Below, piece after piece: positions 9,001-18,710 of a DNA stretch of 64,000 bases. The notes below the pieces were generated by a model. It saw only the letters and a program-made list of their open reading frames with translations, made no database searches and had not been told where the DNA came from. The stretch comes from Candidatus Poribacteria bacterium (lineage in GTDB: Bacteria; Poribacteria; WGA-4E; PCPOR2b). Each line of letters starts with the position of its first letter. Position 1 is the stretch's first letter. The translations under genes were made by a program, and so were the position numbers. Location: contig OZ242326.1 of assembly GCA_965208325.1 (NCBI GenBank), positions 1,828,859 through 1,892,858 of the forward strand, read 5' to 3'.

Positions 9001-10367
9001 GTGTCCTCACCAACTGCCAGCACATACGCGGAGGGAAGCGCTTTCTCTTTACGGTACGTTTTCCACCGGCCGGAAACCGAGTGAAACTGTGAAAGTCCGT
9101 GTATAGTTCCAATCCAGATGGTGTTTCCCTTGATCGCGAGAGAATTAATTTCGTTTGATGCCAATCCCATATCTTGATGGAACCACTGCATGGTTCCGAG
9201 TTTTGTGTCGAAATTGAGGAGTCCGTTTCCCGTCGCCATCCAGACTCGGCCCGCCGAGATTGCCAGGGCTGCAATTTGATTCGGTATCAACTCCTGGGTA
9301 TCACGATTCTGTACGGCGTTCGACGGGACGAAGACCTCCCAGCCGAGCGTTTTCCATGTGTCGACCTCCCGTTTGTTGAAAGCACGCATAGCGCGTTCAT
9401 ACTCCGAATCGGCAGCGCGCGCCTGAGCCCGCGTTGGATTCCGCGAAAATTGCCGATTTCTTGCCCGCACGGAGGCCGAGAAATGTTGCGGTTCTTTCAG
9501 TTTGCTATAGGCTTTATCCTCATTGGCGAGGTCGGTGGTGTTCATAAATTTCTTGCTGATAGTGCGGACAAGCCCCGATTTCGTCGCAATATAGACACTA
9601 TCGCCATTCGCTTCAATGTCCGTAATTGAATCGCCCAGAATGTCCATAATCGAATTAGGCACTATCTCCCGGCCGGGGCGCGGGACCGAGCGATTGCCGC
9701 CCCGGGTGCTCACCCAAAAGGCACTCTGTTTGGTGAAATACTCCCACTTATCATACTTAACGTTATATCTCGATAGTCCGCCGGGGGTTCCCAGCCACAC
9801 GTACTTTGAATCGTGATGAATCGCTGTTACGGACGGAGTTTTAATTCCCAAAAAGTCTGTGTATGAACGCCACCGATTCTTCTTCAATTGAAACGCACTC
9901 GCCCCCTTTTCAGTGCCCACCCAGATCCAGTCGCCGCGCGCTGAAATACACCGAATCTTGTTTGCAACCAGCCCGTCCTTGACGGTATAGCTTCTCCATT
10001 CGTCTCGGTTCATGTCAAAAACCGATAGCCCGGAATCTGTCCCGAACCACACGCGCCCGGACGGCTTTCGATCGAACACGCCCTGCTTCCACTCGATAGC
10101 GATGCAATTCACCTTATTGCTGACGAGCCCATCCTTCGTTGTGAAATAATCCCATGTTTTCGCGTCAAAATTGTACCTGCTGACGCCGGCACCGGTTGAA
10201 AGCCACAGATAATCACCGCCAATCTCGACCCCGCGCACATCCTCGCCAATTAACACCTCGCCCATCTCGTCTTCATCGGACTCTGTCTCCGGCACGTCCA
10301 TGGTGAACAGTAGGCTCAACAAAATAAACATTTTGCATACACATTTGATTGACCTCGGAAAAGTCAT
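6018..10367 (-). CDS. Secreted giant beta-propeller repeat protein (two-component regulator propeller-type blades)
   Basis: Signal-like N-terminus; many DGLxxNxIxxIxxDGxxVWVGTxxGxSRYD repeats; no kinase domain. Confidence 0.85.
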   Translation of the reverse strand: MTFPRSIKCVCKMFILLSLLFTMDVPETESDEDEMGEVLIGEDVRGVEIGGDYLWLSTGAGVSRYNFDAKTWDYFTTKDGLVSNKVNCIAIEWKQGVFDRKPSGRVWFGTDSGLSVFDMNRDEWRSYTVKDGLVANKIRCISARGDWIWVGTEKGASAFQLKKNRWRSYTDFLGIKTPSVTAIHHDSKYVWLGTPGGLSRYNVKYDKWEYFTKQSAFWVSTRGGNRSVPRPGREIVPNSIMDILGDSITDIEANGDSVYIATKSGLVRTISKKFMNTTDLANEDKAYSKLKEPQHFSASVRARNRQFSRNPTRAQARAADSEYERAMRAFNKREVDTWKTLGWEVFVPSNAVQNRDTQELIPNQIAALAISAGRVWMATGNGLLNFDTKLGTMQWFHQDMGLASNEINSLAIKGNTIWIGTIHGLSQFHSVSGRWKTYRKEKALPSAYVLAVGEDTDGVWLVTQKAISRFNPKTERWKSYTNEDGLGAGAISCLDVVGNYVWIGSDRGISRFEKFNKTWDYFRAAKSGLVADEITKIRVDGKSIWVGTTRGLNRYDNSTQEWTAFSSRLGLANDKITDLAAGSQYLWVGTGSGLSRYEKSAQKWRTTHAFEGMPILALDQSGGTTCVATETGVYLHDDKSGENWQKLEIGREASIDVVALDDREIWGGGWRNLIRYDLASGQTREFTDDDAPGLSTVRIHDIHPSHEYVWVATDGGIYRYNKPNDSWWAYAPSRERGHEEVLVAKDIRAIVINDDYAFFGTPRGISRYDKTADTWLNYTNRDGLQHNYVSSLLLLENELWVGTHGGVSRYNWVLDRWTSLTTADGLCDNRVNALARDGNSVWITTQSGVSRFDTKAGTWQTLTKKDGLPDDVVWSVAVDGDYVWFGTNQGAAKYMPDESQWAVYTTDDGLINNIVTSINVEEKYIFLATPGGVTMYDKEVESMTPYSQADGLAANDAKSIGSMEKYHWIGTSDGITLYNQITDLSSDFTEAHGLPSNHVQVVAIDGDEIWFGTNAGLARHHWVKGDWTTYSEALEDIESNASALISNNIKAVASDGDFLWVGTRLGLAKYDKISHSWRIANLGFPLDDAENEEFANLQRRVDENARAVESALQANNPARTRKVYVDYHPDVAREEAIAIIQRIVEGRTPQPGDPTVPSPLITVNVEFPPMPTVRAIAPVLGQLWLGTDAGVIIYDKAANAAREIHPLLPWVRHIQPRDSKVWVLSDNQIAIYDRKADSWLLITNAQIVEHTRVQTGAGLTESLETTPEDLGIVGCTAMAFLNNQLWLGREIGLKVFEIDSQRLAPANTFEVPSYLKNAEITALASDPENMWVGTRQGVFRYNAPQGRWGTLTVLDGLIGNDISTITAGEKYVWVGTAGEGLSRYNRAEERWDRFNIDNGLSDNNIRSISLDGKYVWVGTFSAGVCRYDLSTELWTIFRTEDYRAYASEK

Positions 10368-11025
10368 GTATGTCTCCCGTATTCGTTATTGGATCGTATT
10401 CGCTTATGGATAGATTAAGTTATTTGCCGACAGCCGGAACATGCGCACAAGCCTGTGCGGGTTTAATTGACCAGCCCTCATCCGGATAACCGAATTAGAC
10501 CGTAAACCCATCATACCACCATACGCTCCGGTTTTAGACGTTCGCCGGATACTGAGCAATAGTGATGCCAATATCATTCTCAAAGCTAACCGAAGCGATA
10601 TTGAACGCGGGATTTATGCGGCCGGTGTGCAAGAATCAAGGGTTAGACTACACGACGAAGTTCACCGCGGAACGGCTCAACCACAAGAACAAGCGTAATA
10701 TCAAGGGCAGCCGTGCTACCCCGTCACTGCAAAGATCTTTGATTCGCCCTCGAATTTGGCAAGATGCAATTAAGAAATGTAGACAAGGTTTTACCGGAAG
10801 CGGGCGGTATTAGTGTGGTATAAATTAGGCACATCTGTTTTATTGCCGATACACCTAATATTAGTTTACGAACCCTATCTACAGAACGGCTACCCGGAAT
10901 CTCCCGACCTATAGATTACACTTTGCTACCGACTGTGGCATGGCCGTTTGTCTTCGAGGACAGTTCGCCTGAATTACGGCAACTGCGTAAGAGGATACCT
11001 GAAAAAGAACATCTCGACGTATTAA

Positions 11026-11054
11026 ATTAGAACGGATTTAGGCGGCAATGTCAA
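11026..11054 (-). promoter_or_regulatory. Putative sigma70 promoter far upstream of the propeller gene
   Basis: TTGACA-17-TCTAAT on minus strand. Confidence 0.45.
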
Positions 11055-11103
11055 GTTAAAAGCAGGATTTACCTATAATCGTAATCGAAGGGCACCGTGC
11101 ATA

Positions 11104-14100
11104 CTACCTTCGTTTTTCGACAACGTAGTAAAGCACTGGTAGGACGAGCAGCGTCAAGAGCGTTGCGGTTATCATGCCGCCGCTGATGACGATTGCGAGC
11201 GGCTTCTGAAGTTCTGCGCCTGAACCGTGGGCGAGCGCAAGCGGCAGCATTCCTAACCCGGTGGTCAAGGCTGTCATCAACACTGGGCTGATGCGTTCTC
11301 CGGCGCCTTTCAACACGGCGTCGTACAGCGAGATGCCTTCCGCACGAAGGCTGTTTATGTGCGTCACCAATATAATGCCATTTCGCACAGCGATGCCGAA
11401 CAGGAGGATGAATCCCACCATAGATGGAATACTCAAAACGCCGCCAGTGAGAAAAACGCTGATGACGCCGCCGATTAACGCGAGCGGCAGGTTCAGCATC
11501 ACCAACAATGAAAGCCGCATTGAACCCGTCGCAAGATACAACAGGATACAGATGCCGACGAGGACAAAGCCGGTTTGAACCAGAATCCGTTTTTGCGCCG
11601 CTTGTTGGCTTTCAAACTGTCCGCCGTAGGTGAGGAAATACGCTTCGGGCAGGTTAATATTTTCGTTAATCTCCCGTTGAGCTTGAGCAATAAAGTTGCC
11701 TAAGTCTCGATTTTGAACGTTACACTGAATTACAATCCGCCGAGATACGTTTTCTCGGTTGATGGTATTCGGCCCGAACCCGTATCCGACATCGGCAACC
11801 TGTTTTAACTGAACGAAAGTTCCGGCAGGCGTTCTTAGTTTTAAGTCTCCGACAGATTCAATAGTGTTGACAAGCGTCGGGTCAATTCGAATCACGAGCG
11901 CATACTGCCGTTGCCCTTGAATGACTTGACTCACCGCTTCGCCTTTGAACGCTGTCTCTGCGAAATGCGTCACATCTTCAACGCGTAAGCCGTAGCGAGC
12001 TGCTTCACGCCGCTTGACCTTGATTTGGAGTTGCTCGACTTGCGCCTGTTGCTCCACCCACAGGTCCACCACGCCGGGAATTTCCGCGATAACCGACCGA
12101 ATCTCTTCGGCCTTTTGCCTGAGGGTGTTTAGATTTGGCCCAAACAGTTTCAACGCTACTTGTGCGTTTACACCCGACAGGAGGTGGTCAAGGCGATGCT
12201 GAATGGGTTGACCAATGGAGACGTGCACACCGGGGAAATTTTCCGCGGATAGCAAAGAACGCACTTCGGCAAGTAGTTCCTCACGAGTTTTATCTCTCTC
12301 ATCGGGGGGAATAAAGTTCACTACCATTTCGTGGGTATCCACGCTGTGAGCATGTTCATCGGTTTCTGCCCTCCCGGTACGGCTGCTGACGCTTGTCACT
12401 TCCGGAAGCGTCAGGAGTCTGGATTCCATCTCACGACCGATGCGCGTGGATTCTCCCAACGAAGTTCCCGGCGGCGAGTGGACCGCCACAGAAAAGGTTG
12501 CTTCATCCATAACCGGAAGGAATTCGCGGCCCAAGCGGGGTATCGACATTATAGTCAAGGTAATCAGCAACAACGCCAACGCAACAACAAGCCACCGCAG
12601 CCTCATGACCCAAGAGAGAACAGGTCGATATGCCAGTTTAATCCATACAACCACGGGGCTTTCCTTCGCGGCCGGAATTCCTGATTGGGATTCATTTTGC
12701 GAACGCCGCATTCGGAAACGTGTCAACAGCAGGTCACTTAGTACGGGAACCACGGTTAGCGCGACGAGCAGCGATGCCGCCATTGAAATGACCACCGCCC
12801 AACCAAGGGGGCGGAACATACTGCCCTCCATACCGCTCAAGTTGAAAAGCGGTACGAAAACGAGGATGATAATCAGCGTCGCGAAGACAATTGATGACCG
12901 AATCTCATTACTTGCGCGTGTTACAACCTGCGTCGGCGTCTCGCCGTTTGCTTCGCCCCGGGCGCGGCGCCGGAAGTGCTCCTGCAATCGGCGGTAGATG
13001 TTTTCGACGTAGACAATGGCGTCGTCAACTACCATACCAACAGCGATCGCCAAGCCAGCGAGCGTCATGATATTGAGAGTACCACCCTGAGAAATCAGGG
13101 CAATGACAGCTATGATTAGAGAGAGCGGAATGGCTGTCAGTGTAATTAAGGCGGTGCGAATGTTGAATAGAAAGATAGCCAAGATTATAACGACGAGAAT
13201 TGCGCCGTCACGCAACGCATCTTTAACAGTATCTACGGCGCGCCGTATCAGATCGGCTTGCGCATACTCGATTTTAACCTCAACGCCTTCCGGCAGCGAC
13301 CTTTCCAGCGATTTTAGGACGGAAACAACTTTGTCGTTAAGGTTTAACGTATTGATCCCCGGTTGCTTAACCACCTTGCCCAAAACCGTCTCTTTCGCAT
13401 TGCGGCTCCCTGCGCCGCGGCGTATTTCTGGCAGTTCGCCTATCTTCAACCTCCCGATATCTTTGACCAGAATCGGCGTGCTGTGCCCCCGCACATCAAT
13501 GACAACGTTTTCGATGTCGGCAACTGTAGAGATACGCCCCAACCCGCGAATCATCAACTCGCGCGTATCCTTGATGAGAAATCCGCCCGCTGAGTTTTCG
13601 TTGCTTTTCGCAAGGGCATCTGCAACATCTTCCAGCGAAAGATTATAGTTTACCAACTGGGCAGGATTAACGAAGACTTGGTATTGCTTCACGTAGCCGC
13701 CAATGTTAATTACATTTGCGATACCGCCCTGGGACTGGAGTTGATAGCGGATGACCCAATCTGCGAGATCCCGCATTTCCATTTCGTCAAATTCCCCGGT
13801 TTCATCAACAACAGCGTACTCTAAGATTTCGCCCAAAAGGGAGGAAGTCGGCAAGATAATCGGCGCATCCACGCCGTGAGGTAGATTCGGGGCAACGAGT
13901 TGAAGCCGTTCAGAGACCATTTGCCGCGCCAGAAAAATATCCATTCCCCAATCAAATTCAACGAATACCAGCGACAGGCCAACGGCGGAGGAAGACCGAA
14001 CTCGCGAGACATACGGTGCACCGTTCATCGCACTTTCGATTGGTAACGTGACTAAGGTTTCCATCTCCTCAGGAGACCAGCCGTGCGCCTCGGTAAGAAT

Positions 14101-14244
14101 AGTAATGCGGGGCGGATTGATGTCGGGATAGACATCAATCGGCGCCGAACGGAATACCCGAAAGCCGATGACAACTATCACAATGGTACACGCGATTGTT
14201 AGGAGTCTATTTCTGAGCGAAATTTCCGTGATTTTCGACCACAT
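11104..14244 (-). CDS. czcA: CzcA/CusA-family heavy-metal efflux RND permease
   Basis: 1046 aa; PIDVYPD, SPEEMETLVTLPIE, GMVVDDAIVYVEN, RISPVLMTALT. Confidence 0.92.
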   Translation of the reverse strand: MWSKITEISLRNRLLTIACTIVIVVIGFRVFRSAPIDVYPDINPPRITILTEAHGWSPEEMETLVTLPIESAMNGAPYVSRVRSSSAVGLSLVFVEFDWGMDIFLARQMVSERLQLVAPNLPHGVDAPIILPTSSLLGEILEYAVVDETGEFDEMEMRDLADWVIRYQLQSQGGIANVINIGGYVKQYQVFVNPAQLVNYNLSLEDVADALAKSNENSAGGFLIKDTRELMIRGLGRISTVADIENVVIDVRGHSTPILVKDIGRLKIGELPEIRRGAGSRNAKETVLGKVVKQPGINTLNLNDKVVSVLKSLERSLPEGVEVKIEYAQADLIRRAVDTVKDALRDGAILVVIILAIFLFNIRTALITLTAIPLSLIIAVIALISQGGTLNIMTLAGLAIAVGMVVDDAIVYVENIYRRLQEHFRRRARGEANGETPTQVVTRASNEIRSSIVFATLIIILVFVPLFNLSGMEGSMFRPLGWAVVISMAASLLVALTVVPVLSDLLLTRFRMRRSQNESQSGIPAAKESPVVVWIKLAYRPVLSWVMRLRWLVVALALLLITLTIMSIPRLGREFLPVMDEATFSVAVHSPPGTSLGESTRIGREMESRLLTLPEVTSVSSRTGRAETDEHAHSVDTHEMVVNFIPPDERDKTREELLAEVRSLLSAENFPGVHVSIGQPIQHRLDHLLSGVNAQVALKLFGPNLNTLRQKAEEIRSVIAEIPGVVDLWVEQQAQVEQLQIKVKRREAARYGLRVEDVTHFAETAFKGEAVSQVIQGQRQYALVIRIDPTLVNTIESVGDLKLRTPAGTFVQLKQVADVGYGFGPNTINRENVSRRIVIQCNVQNRDLGNFIAQAQREINENINLPEAYFLTYGGQFESQQAAQKRILVQTGFVLVGICILLYLATGSMRLSLLVMLNLPLALIGGVISVFLTGGVLSIPSMVGFILLFGIAVRNGIILVTHINSLRAEGISLYDAVLKGAGERISPVLMTALTTGLGMLPLALAHGSGAELQKPLAIVISGGMITATLLTLLVLPVLYYVVEKRR

Positions 14245-14265
14245 TTATTTGCCTCCTTGGTGCAC

Positions 14266-16293
14266 CTAATGAGAGTGCCCCGCGTGCGAATGACCCCCTT
14301 CGGTAACCTTTACGTTTGCGCGTAACAACTGGTGCTGTCCGTGAATTACCACGCGCTCGCCCGCGGACAGACCGTCCTTTATCTCAATATACCGGTCATC
14401 GGCGGCACCTGCCGCGATTTCACGCTTCGTGTAAGTGGATCCGTGTTCGACGAAAACAAACCGGCTCCCAGCCTCTTCAATCACCGCATTCAACGGAACG
14501 CTCAAAACCGGCGCCGCTTTTTCGAGGACGATTGTCTGTTCTGCGAACATCCCCGGCTTGAGCTGATGGGCCGGATTTGCCACCTCCGCCCAAAATTGGA
14601 CGGTGCGTTTATCGGGATCCATTTCATCTGAAATGTGGGAGATTTTACCGGTGAAAGTCGTATCGGGATACGCCGGTACGCGAATGCGTACCAAGCGGCC
14701 CGTCTGGAAATTTTCCTGAATGACTGCGAGCGCGCTTTCATACGCGTCGCCTTCAACCCAGACGATGTCGGTGTCCAGTATTGAGAAGAGTATATCACTT
14801 TTTTCAACCGTGGCGCCGAGTGTCACGTGTTGGTTGACGATTTGTCCAGAAGCCGGCGCCTTGACGTAGAAAGTTGGTGATGGCTGACCGGTTTGCGCAA
14901 TCTTTTCAATTTCGGCGGGTGTGAGTCCGGACACTTGAAGTTTTTGGCGAATTTTGTTCAAAGTGATTACAGCACTGCGCAGTTCATCTTCAATGTTAAG
15001 CATTCCTTCCAATGCTTCCGAACTGGCTACGAAGGCGAGGTAAATTTCAATCAATTCCTCAGCGGATAATTCGTCGAAAGACACAATTGAACCGGTTTCA
15101 GCCAGAGTGTCAAGAAGTGATTCACGCAAGCCTGCAGCCAGTGCGCGCTGTTTGTTTGCCGCAACCTTGATAGCCGCAATGTTGTACGCCGCAATGGCAT
15201 CAACCAACTCCGCCCCTGCCTCACTGAGCATGGCGAATTTACCAAGCAAGAATTCGCCATCACGCTCCGCCTTCAAATCTGAGTCTAATGTTTCTAAATT
15301 TAGCAGCGAAAGGATTGGGGTTTCTCCTCCGTCCATAAGGATATTTTCCAGTGACTGCCCGCTGAATCCGAGGATTTGGAATTGCCGCTTCGCGTCTGCC
15401 AGTTCAATTTTCCCTTTCCGGTATTCTGCCTGCTGCGCCACCAAGTCCTTTTGCGCCGAGATACGCTTTTCCGCAAGGGTTTCTGTCCTGTTGAGTGTAG
15501 CCTTTAGCAATCTGAGTTCAACGTCCGCTTTGACTAATCTGAAACGCATCTGTTCCAACACGGAGGTGGTCTTCGCTACAGCAAGAACATTTCGTTTATC
15601 AACTGCAGTTTTCATCTGTTTCAACTCGGATAGCGATTCCAAGTAATCAATTTGTCGAGTTTGCAATTCGCGGCGAATCTGCTTGGCGAAAACTTCCGTC
15701 AATCTCCCTAATTCATCGACTAAAGATTTCTGTTGAGCCTCCGCTTCAATGAGTTCAATCTGCACCATCTGCAGGTCAAGGCTTTCTAATTCAACTAATA
15801 CATCCCCCTTCTTTAGTGAGTCACCGAGACTAAAATGGATGCGCTTTACAATCCCGCCGATTCTAGGTGTGATAACGCTCCGCCTACCGGGGTGAGCGAT
15901 TACATTGCCGGAAACGTGTACACCCTTCTCAATTGTGCGGACATCAGTCTCGGCTGTTTTCAAACCGATGTTGGCTTTTGCTTTATCGGTAAGGGTCACC
16001 GTGTTTTCTTGGCTGTGCGCATGACCTGCGTGTTCGCTGTGAGGGTGTCCATGCGTGGGAGTGGCATGTTCATCGTGGGAGTGGCCGTGATCGTCTTTTG
16101 CATGTGAGTGATTCGCGTGTTCGCCGTGCGAGTGACCATGATTTGACGTGTTGTGCGTGTGATCCCCACTTCCCTCATGGACACCTTCACCTTGCGCCCA
16201 AATAAATGTTCTAGCGGCATTAAATGAAACCAAACATCCTGTCACGATACCAGTGATTGCCACAATTCGTGCGAGACGAGAGCTACGCAGCAT
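14266..16293 (-). CDS. czcB: RND periplasmic adaptor (CzcB-like), His-rich ends, extended helical region
   Basis: PRIGGIVKRI..GD..KKGD and VKAPASGQI lipoyl halves; LKPGMFA; His-rich N-terminus. Confidence 0.85.
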   Translation of the reverse strand: MLRSSRLARIVAITGIVTGCLVSFNAARTFIWAQGEGVHEGSGDHTHNTSNHGHSHGEHANHSHAKDDHGHSHDEHATPTHGHPHSEHAGHAHSQENTVTLTDKAKANIGLKTAETDVRTIEKGVHVSGNVIAHPGRRSVITPRIGGIVKRIHFSLGDSLKKGDVLVELESLDLQMVQIELIEAEAQQKSLVDELGRLTEVFAKQIRRELQTRQIDYLESLSELKQMKTAVDKRNVLAVAKTTSVLEQMRFRLVKADVELRLLKATLNRTETLAEKRISAQKDLVAQQAEYRKGKIELADAKRQFQILGFSGQSLENILMDGGETPILSLLNLETLDSDLKAERDGEFLLGKFAMLSEAGAELVDAIAAYNIAAIKVAANKQRALAAGLRESLLDTLAETGSIVSFDELSAEELIEIYLAFVASSEALEGMLNIEDELRSAVITLNKIRQKLQVSGLTPAEIEKIAQTGQPSPTFYVKAPASGQIVNQHVTLGATVEKSDILFSILDTDIVWVEGDAYESALAVIQENFQTGRLVRIRVPAYPDTTFTGKISHISDEMDPDKRTVQFWAEVANPAHQLKPGMFAEQTIVLEKAAPVLSVPLNAVIEEAGSRFVFVEHGSTYTKREIAAGAADDRYIEIKDGLSAGERVVIHGQHQLLRANVKVTEGGHSHAGHSH

Positions 16294-16379
16294 TTTCTTT
16301 CTCCTTGTCCTTTTTGGATAAAAAAATCCTTCAATATTGACTCACAAGATGATCGGCGGCCGGCACAGTCTGTATTCTG

Positions 16380-17660
16380 TCAGCCTCCTATGCTGTTCGA
16401 CTGTTGAAACATTTCTACGGAAATTCCGATTGCGGCTTCAAGTTCTATCAACGCCTTGTGGAACGCCGCCAGCGCGTCGAGGTGCGCGAACCGAATCTTG
16501 ATAAACTCATTCTGAATTAGTATAACCTCTAAAATCCCGGTTTGACCTAATTCGTACGCGGCGCGCGTCAGTTTAAGATTTTCATTTAGCAAATCCAACA
16601 TATCGCCTTCATAAAACTTGAGTTTTTTTTGCGCAGCCTTCAAAGAAATGAATGCCCCCATCACCTCGCGGGTAATTTGCCGTTCTTTGTTACTAATTTC
16701 GATGGCGTTGACCCCCTGTTCGGCTTTTACAACATCAATCTTGGCACGATTTCGGTCAAAAACCGGCAATTGAAATGAAAACTTTACACCGAATGCCCGC
16801 TCATCTGGGCTGCGCTGAGCTATACCTGCTATATTCAGGACGGGGATATTTGCAGATTTTGCCAGGCGAAGTTCCCTGTCAGTCAACTGCGCGTTTAATC
16901 GGAGCGACTTTAGGTCGCCTCGATTTGCCAGAGCGCGAGCCGTTAATGCGTCGAGTGTCAGGCTTTGAAGCTGGTTCAGCGGCATCTTTTCTGACAAACT
17001 CACGACTGCGATAGGTACTGCTTCAAGTGAGGCGCCCATCAGATTGTTGATTTCAAGTTGTGCGAGCTGCAATTCGCCCTCTAATGCAGCCGCGCCGCGC
17101 AGCGCCGCTTGCAATTGAACCCTCGCCAGATTTAGCTGTGTTACCGAAATGTCTCCTGTTTCAAATTGAACCTGAGCGATGTTACGCATGCGTTCGTAGT
17201 GCTGAATGACTGCTTCGGTCAGTTTTAGTTTCTCTTGGACAAGCGCCAAATCGTAAAAACCGAGTTTCACCGACGTAGTAAGCAACCGGGATGCATCTGC
17301 GAGCTCAGCATTCACCTTTTCAAGTAAAATATTTGCGATTCGTTTCCGGTGTCCGTGCTGCCCACCGAGTTCAAAGGGTTTTGATAGTTCAAATACCTGA
17401 TCACCATCTATCCCCCCAACAAACTCGGTTTCCAGTTCAGGGTTGCCGAGCAACGCAATGCCATCAATTCGGGCACGGGCGACCTTGAGTCTCTCACGAA
17501 TCGCGCTAAGTTCCGGGTTGTCACGCAGCGCCGTCTGGATTGCAGTATCAAGCGCAATTTTGCCTTCCCCCTCCGAAAAGGCAGCTGGAATTTTCACGGT
17601 GCTTAATATGAATAGGTACATGCTCACCATTATGAGAATGCGGCTAGGTGTGGTTTTCAT
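16380..17660 (-). CDS. czcC: CzcC/TolC-family outer membrane efflux protein
   Basis: ALRDNPEL, LPVFDRNRA, YELGQTGILEVI; first gene of RND operon. Confidence 0.85.
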   Translation of the reverse strand: MKTTPSRILIMVSMYLFILSTVKIPAAFSEGEGKIALDTAIQTALRDNPELSAIRERLKVARARIDGIALLGNPELETEFVGGIDGDQVFELSKPFELGGQHGHRKRIANILLEKVNAELADASRLLTTSVKLGFYDLALVQEKLKLTEAVIQHYERMRNIAQVQFETGDISVTQLNLARVQLQAALRGAAALEGELQLAQLEINNLMGASLEAVPIAVVSLSEKMPLNQLQSLTLDALTARALANRGDLKSLRLNAQLTDRELRLAKSANIPVLNIAGIAQRSPDERAFGVKFSFQLPVFDRNRAKIDVVKAEQGVNAIEISNKERQITREVMGAFISLKAAQKKLKFYEGDMLDLLNENLKLTRAAYELGQTGILEVILIQNEFIKIRFAHLDALAAFHKALIELEAAIGISVEMFQQSNSIGG

Positions 17661-17877
17661 GCGTGATGTTCTCCTCCAAGTGGAATGGACAGATAGACCT
17701 ATATTTTATTCCGTACGTTTGGGGCTGTCAACCGCTGCGGGATTCTACTGAACGCCGCTGTTGCGCCTACATACAGAACGACGCACGGTTGAATAAGGCT
17801 CATCAAGGCAGCCCACCGCACAATTTGTGATTAAGCCAGAAGCGATGAAACCTGCGGGTAGATTTTATGAAATAAGT

Positions 17878-18309
17878 TCAAATGAGGAGGGTTGAAATAC
17901 GAAGGGATACTAGTGTTGAATTGATTAACGCCGGTGCGTGGAAAGACGGCGTGCAGATTGGAATAGTAGGGAAAGGCGGTTGAGATGCCGTTAGACCGAC
18001 AGCGGAAACCGCGTGGAGAGATTGCATGTCTTTGGCGGGAATGACATGTGGGTGTTTGTCTAAGGGGAAAAAGATGGCGAGATCGACACATGAATCACAG
18101 TGGTAAGTTTCCGATGCCGCTTCAGCGTGCATAACATCTTCTTCCGAGTCAAAAGGGTGGTTGTCGGTACACCGCCCGTTAGCACCCACTTCAAGTTCGA
18201 CGTGATCGTCCGAACCGATACACAGCACATAGTTGGACAGCGACACCGGTGTGGCAACGATATAAAGAAGTAACCAAATCAGAGGGATGGGCGTGCCCTT
18301 CTTAAACAT
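17878..18309 (-). CDS. Small exported Cys/His protein upstream of czcCBA (putative leader)
   Basis: GGAG RBS, hydrophobic N-terminus, VLCIGSDDHVELE, HCDSCVD, C-terminal LRISTLLI*. Confidence 0.7.
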   Translation of the reverse strand: MFKKGTPIPLIWLLLYIVATPVSLSNYVLCIGSDDHVELEVGANGRCTDNHPFDSEEDVMHAEAASETYHCDSCVDLAIFFPLDKHPHVIPAKDMQSLHAVSAVGLTASQPPFPTIPICTPSFHAPALINSTLVSLRISTLLI

Positions 18310-18710
18310 AAGAAAAAGACTCCATTCTGGTTGACTTGGTAAATGGCTAAAGATTCAGTGATACTCATTTCGACGGCGGTTGTTGAAGGCGCGGCTGGAC
18401 GCACAGGTCGTGTTTATCTTGAATTATAGATCGATGTCGTCATTGGTCAAGAACAACAAGTACACAGGGCTCGGAATGAAATCTCTAAATCCCGCTTGTG
18501 TGCATTTTCATGGATTTCCGCTCGTTTCAATGTAAACGTTACATGAGCAACGGTGTTGAACACAGCTGTAACGGATCGCGGATTGGCGCTGATGGCCACA
18601 TGACAACCCACTCCCGATGGAGGTTGACAGGTTAGTAAAAAATTTGGAATACTCGTGGTTTTGAAGGCTACGAATACAAGCAGTTCCGGTTTTTATGTTC
18701 ACAATTAAAG

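Noticed and set aside
10700-10760. c-di-GMP-I riboswitch-like GGTAGC..GCTGCC segment
   Set aside because: Lacks the conserved GCAAA and GNRA elements
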